Part shown: positions 40,462 through 48,576 of the stretch, in pieces
Numbering within the stretch: position 1 is the stretch's first letter
Layout: every line of letters starts with the position of its first letter
Assembly: GCA_002296185.1 (NCBI GenBank)
Contig: DBHM01000022.1
Span: forward strand, 1 to 53,794
DNA length: 53,794 nt
Source: Alphaproteobacteria bacterium UBA828
GTDB lineage: Bacteria; Pseudomonadota; Alphaproteobacteria; UBA828
Direction of reading: 5' to 3'
Made by a program: the position numbers and the translations under genes
Notes under the pieces: model-generated
Seen by the model: the letters and a program-made list of their open reading frames with translations, nothing else
What the model was told of the DNA's origin: nothing
Databases searched by the model: none

Positions 40462-41718
40462 ATGTCGAGCAAAGACGAATATCCCCTACAAGCTCTTGAA
40501 GGAGCAACTGGTCCAGGACTCAAACATGGAAGTCCGACATATGCTATAATCCGAATGATAGCAGGACTCCTACTAATGACAGTAGGAACTGCATCAATGT
40601 ATGTAGGCATGGTTGGATTAAAACCTATTGCATTGGAATTTGAGGTGTCACGCTCCTTAGGGTCAGTTCCTTACGCACTATTCATGGTTGGATATGGTTT
40701 TGGTGGAATTCTTCTGGGCCGGATTGCAGATAAATTTGGTATCTTTTTTCCACTTCTCCTGGGTTCCTTATCAGTACCCTTAGGACTTTATTTAGCAAGT
40801 ATTTCCAATGAATACTGGCAATATATAGCTGCCCTCTGTTTACTTACTGGACTTCTGGGATCATCAGCAACTTTCTCTCCTGTTGTAGCTGATATTTCAC
40901 ACTGGTTTACAAGGAAACGCGGTCTAGCACTATCTATAGTAATCTCAGGATCGTATCTCGCAGGAGCAGTTTGGCCCCCAATATTACAGTTATTTTTCGA
41001 CGATCATGGTTGGCGCACATCCCTACAATTAGTTGCAATCATCTCCTTATGCCTAATGCTTCCTCTATCACTTATTTTCTTAAAAAAACCAAAACATTTA
41101 ATTTCAGAAAATAAAATAGATGAGGACAATAGATTTATCAGCCCACTTGGTTTCTCGCCAAAGACATTACAAACAGTGATTTGTTGCGCAGGCATTGGTT
41201 GTTGTGTTGCAATGTCTATGCCGCAGGTACACATTGTATCTTATACTACTGACCTAGGTTTTTCTGCACAACGTGGAGCAGAAATGCTTTCCCTAATGCT
41301 TGGTTTTGGAATCATTTCTAGATTAATATCTGGTTTTATTTCAGACCATATTGGTGGGGCAAAGACTCTTCTTATTGGATCAGCTCTTCAAGGATCTGTT
41401 CTAGCTGCTTTCTTAGGATCAGATAGCCTAACTGGATTATACATCATTTCTGCCTGCTTTGGCCTCGCACAAGGTGGTGTGGTACCGTCGTATGCAATAA
41501 TTATTAGAACATATTTCCCACCAGGCCAAGCAGGTTGGAGAATTGGTCTATCTCTATTTTTTACTATAATAGGTATGGCTATCGGGGGCTGGGGCGCAGG
41601 TGCACTTTATGATTTAACTGGGTCATATGAGGTAAGCTTCATTAATGCGCTAGCTTTTAATGTAATTAACTTTCTTATTGTTGGGTTTCTTGTAATACGT
41701 GCAAGAAAATATAAATAA
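40462..41718 (+). CDS. MFS transporter (OFA/monocarboxylate-like)
   Basis: G..ADKFG, WF..KRGLA, G.ISD.IG and LYDLTGSY; about 12 TM segments. Confidence 0.87.
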   Translation: MSSKDEYPLQALEGATGPGLKHGSPTYAIIRMIAGLLLMTVGTASMYVGMVGLKPIALEFEVSRSLGSVPYALFMVGYGFGGILLGRIADKFGIFFPLLLGSLSVPLGLYLASISNEYWQYIAALCLLTGLLGSSATFSPVVADISHWFTRKRGLALSIVISGSYLAGAVWPPILQLFFDDHGWRTSLQLVAIISLCLMLPLSLIFLKKPKHLISENKIDEDNRFISPLGFSPKTLQTVICCAGIGCCVAMSMPQVHIVSYTTDLGFSAQRGAEMLSLMLGFGIISRLISGFISDHIGGAKTLLIGSALQGSVLAAFLGSDSLTGLYIISACFGLAQGGVVPSYAIIIRTYFPPGQAGWRIGLSLFFTIIGMAIGGWGAGALYDLTGSYEVSFINALAFNVINFLIVGFLVIRARKYK

Positions 41719-41812
41719 ATTATAAAAATGCTTTCTCTTATTTTTGATGATTTGATATCCTTTAAAAAAGTATTTAGGTATTCTTTTAGTAAATTTAATT
41801 AGGAGTAAACTA

Positions 41813-42301
41813 ATGCCAACCTTTGATATTGTTTCACGTGTAGAGCTTCCCGAGGTAGACAATGCGATACAATCTGCAATGCGTGAAATTAGCCAACGTT
41901 ATGATTTTAAGGGGGCAAAATGCTCTATTGAGAGATCAGATGACTCATCTATACTAATCAAAGCTGATGATGATTATAAACTGAAACAAGTGCAAGAACT
42001 TTTCAAGGGACATATGGCAAAACGAAAAGTTTCAAGCGGTTATTTTAAATTTCAAAAAGCCGAGGATGCTTCAGGAGGCACTTTACGGCAAAAAGTAAAT
42101 ATAGTTACTGGTATTGAAAGAGATATGGCACAAACGATTATTAAAGCTATAAAGAGCTCTAAACTCAAGGTTCAGACCGCCATACAAGGTGAAGAACTAA
42201 GAGTATCAGGGAAGAAACGCGATGATCTTCAGGATACTATTGAACTTATTAAAGAGATGAAAATATCTCAACCACTTCAATACGTTAATTTTAGAGATTA
42301 A
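41813..42301 (+). CDS. yajQ: YajQ family nucleotide/c-di-GMP-binding protein
   Basis: MPTFDIVS, RYDFKG, RVSGKKRDDLQ and PLQYVNFRD. Confidence 0.96.
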   Translation: MPTFDIVSRVELPEVDNAIQSAMREISQRYDFKGAKCSIERSDDSSILIKADDDYKLKQVQELFKGHMAKRKVSSGYFKFQKAEDASGGTLRQKVNIVTGIERDMAQTIIKAIKSSKLKVQTAIQGEELRVSGKKRDDLQDTIELIKEMKISQPLQYVNFRD

Positions 42302-42305
42302 GCCA

Positions 42306-42854
42306 TTATACTGGGGGGTGCGGAAACCATGAAAGAGGCTCTGGTCTTATCCATCCTGGTTCCCGACTGATAAGTTCATATTGCGGTTGAGCGGGATCAT
42401 CACTTTCAAAATAGGCCCAATGAACTCCATGCCAACCTCCTTCTTGAATAACAGTTTGACCATTTCTGACAAATGTCTGCACGCTCTCACTCCAGTCAGT
42501 ATCAAAGTCTTCTAGCAAAAAACCAATATGATGAACCCCACCTCTACCACCTGTTTTCTCAAGAAATTCTGTATAGATATTGGGCCCAAATAAAGGCTGG
42601 ATGATTTCCCAATTCATTTCGCCCGTCCATGCAAGAGCAATTCGCATTCCGTGTTCTACTTCCTCACCCCGAAAAGTTGTACTGTGCAGGTCTGGTGGGA
42701 TATATTCATTTACCCACCAAGGTCCAATACCTAACGAATTTGCGTAAGATTTCAAAGTTCTTTCAAAATCTGGGGTTACAACACAAATTTGTCTTGTGGC
42801 ACTTATAAAACTATTTTCCAAAACCAAATTATCGTTTACAGGTGGCTTTTTCAT
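42306..42854 (-). CDS. VOC/glyoxalase superfamily protein (methylmalonyl-CoA epimerase-like)
   Basis: QICVV, LGIGPW, EIIQP, GVHHIGF and final YELI metal-ligand pattern. Confidence 0.82.
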   Translation of the reverse strand: MKKPPVNDNLVLENSFISATRQICVVTPDFERTLKSYANSLGIGPWWVNEYIPPDLHSTTFRGEEVEHGMRIALAWTGEMNWEIIQPLFGPNIYTEFLEKTGGRGGVHHIGFLLEDFDTDWSESVQTFVRNGQTVIQEGGWHGVHWAYFESDDPAQPQYELISREPGWIRPEPLSWFPHPPV

Positions 42855-42886
42855 TTCTTTCAGAGTCCATTACTATGTAAAATAAT

Positions 42887-43381
42887 CTAACCTGACCAGG
42901 GGGCTATTGGAGTCTCCCAATAATCTGTGTGGGCAGGCCCATTTATCTTGAGTTTGAGCTCTATATGCTTAAAACGCCATAAGCCATCATCTTCTTTAAC
43001 AAAATCTGTCTCATACCAACCTGCTATTAAAGTATCTACGTTACGAGCAGAATCATTTGCAACCTTTGCAACTTCCCATAAATAGTATTCGCCATAAGCG
43101 GTCTTACCGTCATCATTCACATTTACCATGAAATTCATCATATAATGGAATGCCCACGGGATCACAGAAGTGCAAGTTTCATGGAGCCCTTGCACTACAT
43201 TATCATGCCCCTTCCAGCCACCAATTCCCTCACAATTCCAACTACTATCTTTGGTAAAAATATTATCTAGCATTTCACGATTACCATTAAGATCAACAGC
43301 CTTCGCATAAGTTGCGACCAGTTGTTTGATTGATTCAATATCTTCTAACCTTTGAATTCGAGATTCAATATCCATTTTCAA
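42887..43381 (-). CDS. NTF2/SnoaL_4 family protein (LinA/BaiE-like lyase)
   Basis: RLEDIESIKQL..Y...VD, W..EGIG..KG, HY..N and DG.WRF. Confidence 0.8.
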   Translation of the reverse strand: MKMDIESRIQRLEDIESIKQLVATYAKAVDLNGNREMLDNIFTKDSSWNCEGIGGWKGHDNVVQGLHETCTSVIPWAFHYMMNFMVNVNDDGKTAYGEYYLWEVAKVANDSARNVDTLIAGWYETDFVKEDDGLWRFKHIELKLKINGPAHTDYWETPIAPWSG

Positions 43382-43454
43382 TCCCTCCTATAAATATTTA
43401 TTAATTTAGTATTAAAATTGAATGAAAAACATAAATTTCTCTATAGTCAAGCTT

Positions 43455-43865
43455 TTACCTCCAAGGCCCGCAATGCTCGAAAGCTTGAGTATCTTCATAA
43501 GCATCCCAAAACTCTATAGAATCATCATGAATATAAAAAATCCATGCCCACTTTGCATGATAATCTTTTCCTGAAATCCTGCTTCTACCATGCTCAGTTC
43601 CAGTAACCGCAACGCGATTATCTTCTACAATAAAGGAGGTGACCTGATGATCAACCATTTCAAGGGCTGCAGGCATGACGGTGAAGTATTCTTCTAATTC
43701 CTTTCTACCCTTCCAAAGGCCTTTCCAAGGGAAATCATCAGTACCAGCCATGTCGATAGATCCATCATCGGTGAAACATGACACTATATCTTCCTTACTA
43801 CCATTGGCTAATAATGATAAAAACCTCTCAACTACTATTCTCGGGTCTTTTTTATTCATAATCAC
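43455..43865 (-). CDS. SnoaL-like / ketosteroid isomerase-like NTF2 protein
   Basis: PW.G.W.GR....YF, V.V.G......SGK.Y...W...F and YEDT. Confidence 0.8.
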   Translation of the reverse strand: MIMNKKDPRIVVERFLSLLANGSKEDIVSCFTDDGSIDMAGTDDFPWKGLWKGRKELEEYFTVMPAALEMVDHQVTSFIVEDNRVAVTGTEHGRSRISGKDYHAKWAWIFYIHDDSIEFWDAYEDTQAFEHCGPWR

Positions 43866-43999
43866 CCCTCTAAGACTAAGAAATTTTATGATATATTATT
43901 ATAACTATATTTTAACTCCATTTTAGAATCATTAAACAAATAGTATAATTGCCTTCATCAAGCCAATAAACTCATCTGATGAAATAGGGAGAGTTAATA

Positions 44000-44974
44000 A
44001 TGTCAGAAAAAAGACCAATTGGGGTATTTATTCTAGGGGATATAGAGCCTGAAAACATTATTCCTTTGAGTAAAAAGGTAGAAGAGTATGGATTTGATGA
44101 ACTTTGGTTTGCTGAAGACTATTTCATGATTTCTGGATTTGCTTCTGCCGCTATGGCATTGCAAGCAACAAAAACGATAAAGGTAGGAGTCGGCATTGTC
44201 TCTGCAGTTGTAAGACACCCTAGCGTAACTGCTATGGAAGCATCAACTATATCACGCGCCTACCCTGGTCGCTTTACTCTTGGTATCGGACATGGAGTCC
44301 CTGCATGGATTAAGCAGATGGACCTGTATCCTAAATCCGTTCTAAGCTCTATGAGAGAGAGTGTAACAAGCATTAAGCGCCTACTTGCAGGTGAAGAAAT
44401 AACCCAAAAAGGGGAGTATTTTAGCTTCGATAGAGTAGCACTCACCCACCCAGATCCAAATCTTAGCGTACTTACAGGTGTTGTTGGACCCAAGTCTATT
44501 GACCTCTGCGCAGATATTGCTGATGGGATGATAGTTTCTGTTCTTGGTGGCCCAAAATATGTACAAGCTGCACACAACCAGATCTCAAAAAGACGTGGGG
44601 ATAGTAAATTTAAAATGGTAACATATGCCCTATGCTCGGTTGGGGATGACATACAAAAAAAACGTGAGGATGTGAGATCAGCAACAGCATTTTATTTAAA
44701 TGCCATGGGCCCAACTTATATTTCAGATATATACGGGATAAGTCATGAGACTGAATCTATGATTAAAAAAGGTGGAGCTCGTACTCTGGAGTCTGCAATG
44801 CCAGATGAATGGCTGGATTTCCTTGCAATAGCCGGGTCTCCTAAAGATTGCGAAGATAGTATAAATCAATTTTTTGAAGCTGGCTCCTCTTCTGTTGTCC
44901 TCTGTATAGTCCCCACAGAGTCTTTAGCTGAACAGCTTCAGAAAATAGGTCAAGAAGTGCTACCTAACCTTTAG
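44000..44974 (+). CDS. Luciferase-like (LLM) oxidoreductase, Mer-like
   Basis: E.YGFD.LW.AED, RHP...AME..T, PGRF.LGIG.G and GPK........ADG. Confidence 0.85.
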   Translation: MSEKRPIGVFILGDIEPENIIPLSKKVEEYGFDELWFAEDYFMISGFASAAMALQATKTIKVGVGIVSAVVRHPSVTAMEASTISRAYPGRFTLGIGHGVPAWIKQMDLYPKSVLSSMRESVTSIKRLLAGEEITQKGEYFSFDRVALTHPDPNLSVLTGVVGPKSIDLCADIADGMIVSVLGGPKYVQAAHNQISKRRGDSKFKMVTYALCSVGDDIQKKREDVRSATAFYLNAMGPTYISDIYGISHETESMIKKGGARTLESAMPDEWLDFLAIAGSPKDCEDSINQFFEAGSSSVVLCIVPTESLAEQLQKIGQEVLPNL

Positions 44975-45025
44975 GTCTATTTTATAGTTTATTTAAATGA
45001 CTGTTTTTAATATATTATTTTGTGT

Positions 45026-45101
45026 GGGCGCATAGCTCAGTTGGCAGAGCGGGTGACTCTTAATCACTAGGTCCAAGGTTCGAATCCTTGTGCGCCCACC
45101 A
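45026..45101 (+). tRNA. tRNA-Lys(CTT)
   Basis: Acceptor GGGCGCA/TGCGCCC, anticodon arm GGTGA-CT-CTT-AA-TCACT, T loop GTTCGAATC, encoded CCA. Confidence 0.97.
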
Positions 45102-45319
45102 CTTTACACTTTATGATTAATCAATCGTGGATGATACTCGATTTTTGTGTGTAATGTTTACACCAGTGGCATGCATTGTCAGCTATCTGCCATTTTCTGT
45201 TAAAGTTTGTATGAATTGATATGTAGTTATGTTTTAAGATTTAAAAACTGACACCATCTTCTGTAAAAAAACCTCCACTAAATAATAAATACGACCTACT
45301 ATAAAGTATAATATCTTCC

Positions 45320-45973
45320 ATGAAGAACAACCTCATAGATATTTATTGTGAAAGATCCAATTTTGAGTATTGGGCTGAACCCATTAATGCGATAACTAAT
45401 CTTGCATTTATTATCAGCGGCCTAATGATTGTCTATTTAATACGCAAAACAAGTAAAGCTGCAGTTAAAGATATAGTTTTATGGATTTTTTCAGGCCTGA
45501 TTATAATTATCGGAATTGGTAGTTGGTTGTTTCATACTCATGCGAACAAATGGGCGATGATTGTTGATATAACCCCAATATTATTATTTGTCTTACTCTA
45601 TACTTGGTTTGCTATTCGCCGTTTTGCCTCTGGCTCTATATGGGTCTGTTCCATTGCCGTTATAGCAACTTTAGTATTGTCATTCATTTTAGAAACACAA
45701 ACAGGTTTTAATGGCGGAGCATACTTATCACCACTCCTAGCAATGCTAATAATGGGAGTTTTTCTTCATTACTTCAAAGGTCACCCTGCTGGAAAAGCCT
45801 TACTATTATCATGCATTATTTTTGGATTCTCATTAACTTTACGGAGCTTGGACGAGATCCTTTGCAATAATCTTCCAATTGGAACCCATTTCTTGTGGCA
45901 CTTATTAAATTCGATAGTACTCTACATTGTCTCTAGAACTCTAGTGCTTAATTCGGCGCAGCGTGAGAAATAA
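45320..45973 (+). CDS. Ceramidase domain (CREST superfamily) membrane hydrolase
   Basis: YCER, AEP.NA.TN, GIGSWLFH (SxxxH), conserved D and HFLWH (HxxxH); about 7 TM segments. Confidence 0.82.
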   Translation: MKNNLIDIYCERSNFEYWAEPINAITNLAFIISGLMIVYLIRKTSKAAVKDIVLWIFSGLIIIIGIGSWLFHTHANKWAMIVDITPILLFVLLYTWFAIRRFASGSIWVCSIAVIATLVLSFILETQTGFNGGAYLSPLLAMLIMGVFLHYFKGHPAGKALLLSCIIFGFSLTLRSLDEILCNNLPIGTHFLWHLLNSIVLYIVSRTLVLNSAQREK

Positions 45974-46121
45974 TCAAATTTATAAAATTATAGATATTCA
46001 GGATTTTCTATTTCGTTTCTTAAAAAGAGTTTATAAAACAACTATATAAGTCTATAAATTATAAATGTTTTTTATATTTTTATTGTCTATAGGCATTGAT
46101 TTTATAGAATTGTCATATAAG

Positions 46122-46165
46122 TCTTAATCATCGGTCCTAAGATTCTAATTCTTGTGCATCCACTA
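46122..46165 (+). repeat. Degenerate copy of the tRNA-Lys 3' half (attR-like)
   Basis: TCTTAATCATCGGTCCTAAGATTCTAATTCTTGTGCATCCACTA vs 45058-45101 TCTTAATCACTAGGTCCAAGGTTCGAATCCTTGTGCGCCCACCA: 32/44 identical ungapped, 36/45 with two 1-nt gaps (hand count). Confidence 0.75.
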
Positions 46166-46188
46166 TAAAAATTCGAAAAGTAGAAAAA

Positions 46189-46827
46189 ATGATACGACTT
46201 TCTCTAATATTGCTTGCAACTTCTTTATTGTCAGGATGCTCACTTTTTGGCATTCGAGATAACTATGAACATACCGCATATGTTGTCGTAGATAATTTGA
46301 CAGATAAAGTTGAAATACGTCGCTATGAACGAAGATTAGCCGTTGAAACTACCGTGAATACTAAAGAATTTCGCGAAGGAAGAAATGAAGCATTCAGAGT
46401 TCTTTTCAAATATATATCTGGGGATAATGAAACAAATGAAGATATAGAAATGACTGCTCCAGTTGAATCTAAAAAAGTCTCAGAAGAAATATCCATGACC
46501 ACACCGGTGGAGACATCACGCACCATTACAGGTGGAACCATTATGCGTTTTTTCTTACCCTCTGATTATACAATTGAAACCACCCCACGACCGAATAACC
46601 CTAGGGTTCGAATTATTGAGCTTGACCAACAACTGCAGGCAGTTCTTAGTTTTAGTGGCATTACGAAGGAAAATATAATCAAAAAAAATACTGATATTCT
46701 TCTAGATACAATCGTTAATTCAACATGGCAAGCTACAGGAGAGACTATGGCATATTCTTATGATCCACCGTGGACAATACCATTTTTAAGACGAAATGAG
46801 GTCGCTATTGTGGTTATTAAACCATAG
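46189..46827 (+). CDS. SOUL heme-binding lipoprotein
   Basis: Lipobox LSGC, EIRRY, AF..L..YI.G.N, I.MTAPV, YDPPWT.PFLRRNEV. Confidence 0.9.
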   Translation: MIRLSLILLATSLLSGCSLFGIRDNYEHTAYVVVDNLTDKVEIRRYERRLAVETTVNTKEFREGRNEAFRVLFKYISGDNETNEDIEMTAPVESKKVSEEISMTTPVETSRTITGGTIMRFFLPSDYTIETTPRPNNPRVRIIELDQQLQAVLSFSGITKENIIKKNTDILLDTIVNSTWQATGETMAYSYDPPWTIPFLRRNEVAIVVIKP

Positions 46828-46934
46828 GCCCACTCAACTTTTTTATTACATTATAAAGCCTCTTCGGCTCTATTAATATTTTTAGGATAATAAAACCTAT
46901 TCTCAGATTAGAAATCTTAAAAGGTATTAAAATT

Positions 46935-47390
46935 TTGCTTAAAAAAATTCCATTAGACGATAAGGAATTTACTATCTCGCAAGTGAATAAATGCTTGAAT
47001 TTATATTATGAATATAAGGATATACGCGAACGATATAGAAAAAATCTATTTCTTACTATTTCTGGTTTTTTTATATCAGTGGGACTAGCGGCACTTAGCC
47101 TTGAATGGGATACACACTGGATATTTGAATTTCTATCAGCCTTTGGCCTAGTAATTTTTCTTGCATCATGCATCGGTCTTCTGTGGTTATTTCGTTATAC
47201 TTCAAGGACTATAAATACAAGAAAACAATATCTACTTTCTATAAATGATTTAGAAAATTTTGGGCTCTCTATAGGTCATAAATCAGATCTAGAAAAAAGA
47301 TTAAATATAAGTCTTGATTCTTACCAAGATTCTTATAAACCAATTATAGTGGATACTAAATCAGGAGAAGAAATAGAACTGCCAAAATAA
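46935..47390 (+). CDS. Hypothetical membrane protein (2 TM)
   Basis: 151-codon AT-rich ORF with TTG start and two hydrophobic segments. Confidence 0.5.
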   Translation: MLKKIPLDDKEFTISQVNKCLNLYYEYKDIRERYRKNLFLTISGFFISVGLAALSLEWDTHWIFEFLSAFGLVIFLASCIGLLWLFRYTSRTINTRKQYLLSINDLENFGLSIGHKSDLEKRLNISLDSYQDSYKPIIVDTKSGEEIELPK

Positions 47391-47409
47391 ATTGTTAGGG
47401 TCTCAAGAA

Positions 47410-48342
47410 CTATGGTTTTTGATTTAATTTTTCTACTTCAGGTAATACTTGACTAATTATCCTTTCAGTTTGATCAAAAATTTCATCATCATCATTACCT
47501 ATAGGCCTCAGGACTATCTTTGAAATACCAGAATCAATAAAATCATGAATGTGTTTTATTACGTCATCTGAAGAGCCAACTATAATACGCCTTTCAGGAT
47601 TTTTTATAAGCTTATTTTCAAAAAATGAGAAAGCCTCTTTAACAGATGGGTTATTATAAGACCCTAAATGATAAGAAAAGAATGCACCGTAATGATCATC
47701 ATCTATTTTACGCCCCTCTTCTTTCAACGCACCCTTTATTGATCTTACAATAGGGTCCGTTTCTTCAGGGGTCTCTAGTCCACCCTGCCAACCTGTACCA
47801 AATCTTGCTGTTCTTCTAACAGCAGCCTCACTACTACCACCTATCCACATCGGAATATTTCTTTGTACAGGTTTGGGTGAGATTCGAGCATTTCTATATT
47901 GAAAATATTCACCTTCGAAATTTACACATGATTCCTCCCAGAGTAATTTTATTATCTGCAATGCTTCATTTGTTCTATTACCGCGACCTTTAGTAGGTCT
48001 ATTAGTTGCTGACCATTCAGCTGCTTTCGCATTACCGATACCAAATCCAGGAAGAAGGCGACCATTACTTAGCATATCTACTGTCGCACATTGCTTGGCA
48101 AGGAGAAGCGGGTCCCGCAGCCCTACAGATAGAACATTCATACCAAATTTAATTTTTTTTGTTGCACCGGCAATAGAGGCCATAGCAACCATTGTTTCAA
48201 GGAAAGGAACTTCCGATACTAGACGATCTGTCTGCCATAAAGAGTCTATATTACCTTCTTCACACATTTTGACCCACTTCCAATATGCCTTTGCAGATGA
48301 AAATGGAAAATCCATCAAACCCATACCTACAGCTACGGTCAT
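47410..48342 (-). CDS. Luciferase-like (LLM) oxidoreductase
   Basis: DSLWQTDR, RDP.LLAKQ.AT.D.LS.GR, P.WIGG.S.AA.RR.AR. Confidence 0.87.
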   Translation of the reverse strand: MTVAVGMGLMDFPFSSAKAYWKWVKMCEEGNIDSLWQTDRLVSEVPFLETMVAMASIAGATKKIKFGMNVLSVGLRDPLLLAKQCATVDMLSNGRLLPGFGIGNAKAAEWSATNRPTKGRGNRTNEALQIIKLLWEESCVNFEGEYFQYRNARISPKPVQRNIPMWIGGSSEAAVRRTARFGTGWQGGLETPEETDPIVRSIKGALKEEGRKIDDDHYGAFFSYHLGSYNNPSVKEAFSFFENKLIKNPERRIIVGSSDDVIKHIHDFIDSGISKIVLRPIGNDDDEIFDQTERIISQVLPEVEKLNQKP

Positions 48343-48576
48343 TTTTACCTCAAGTATATTAAGTATAAATAAATCAAATATTTTTAATTTTATATAAATG
48401 TAAGGAAATAAGATTTAACGGGATATATACATGTCATATAAAAATCATTGCAAATAGGTTTATATTAACAAGTTTTACTATAAATTTTGAACCTTAAAAT
48501 AGACATCAATAGGATTTTATATAAAATCTTACATATACTTAGTCAGAAGAGAACTGATAGGATAGGGATCCAAATT

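Larger units (their letters stand above)
45058..46165. mobile_element. Decayed tRNA-Lys-anchored genomic islet (no integrase)
   Basis: Bounded by the tRNA-Lys 3' half and its degenerate direct repeat at 46122-46165; one cargo gene with AT-rich flanks. Confidence 0.6.

Noticed and set aside
45102-45319. Integrase remnant next to tRNA-Lys
   Set aside because: No ORF or recognisable tyrosine-recombinase motif by eye; a translated search would be needed
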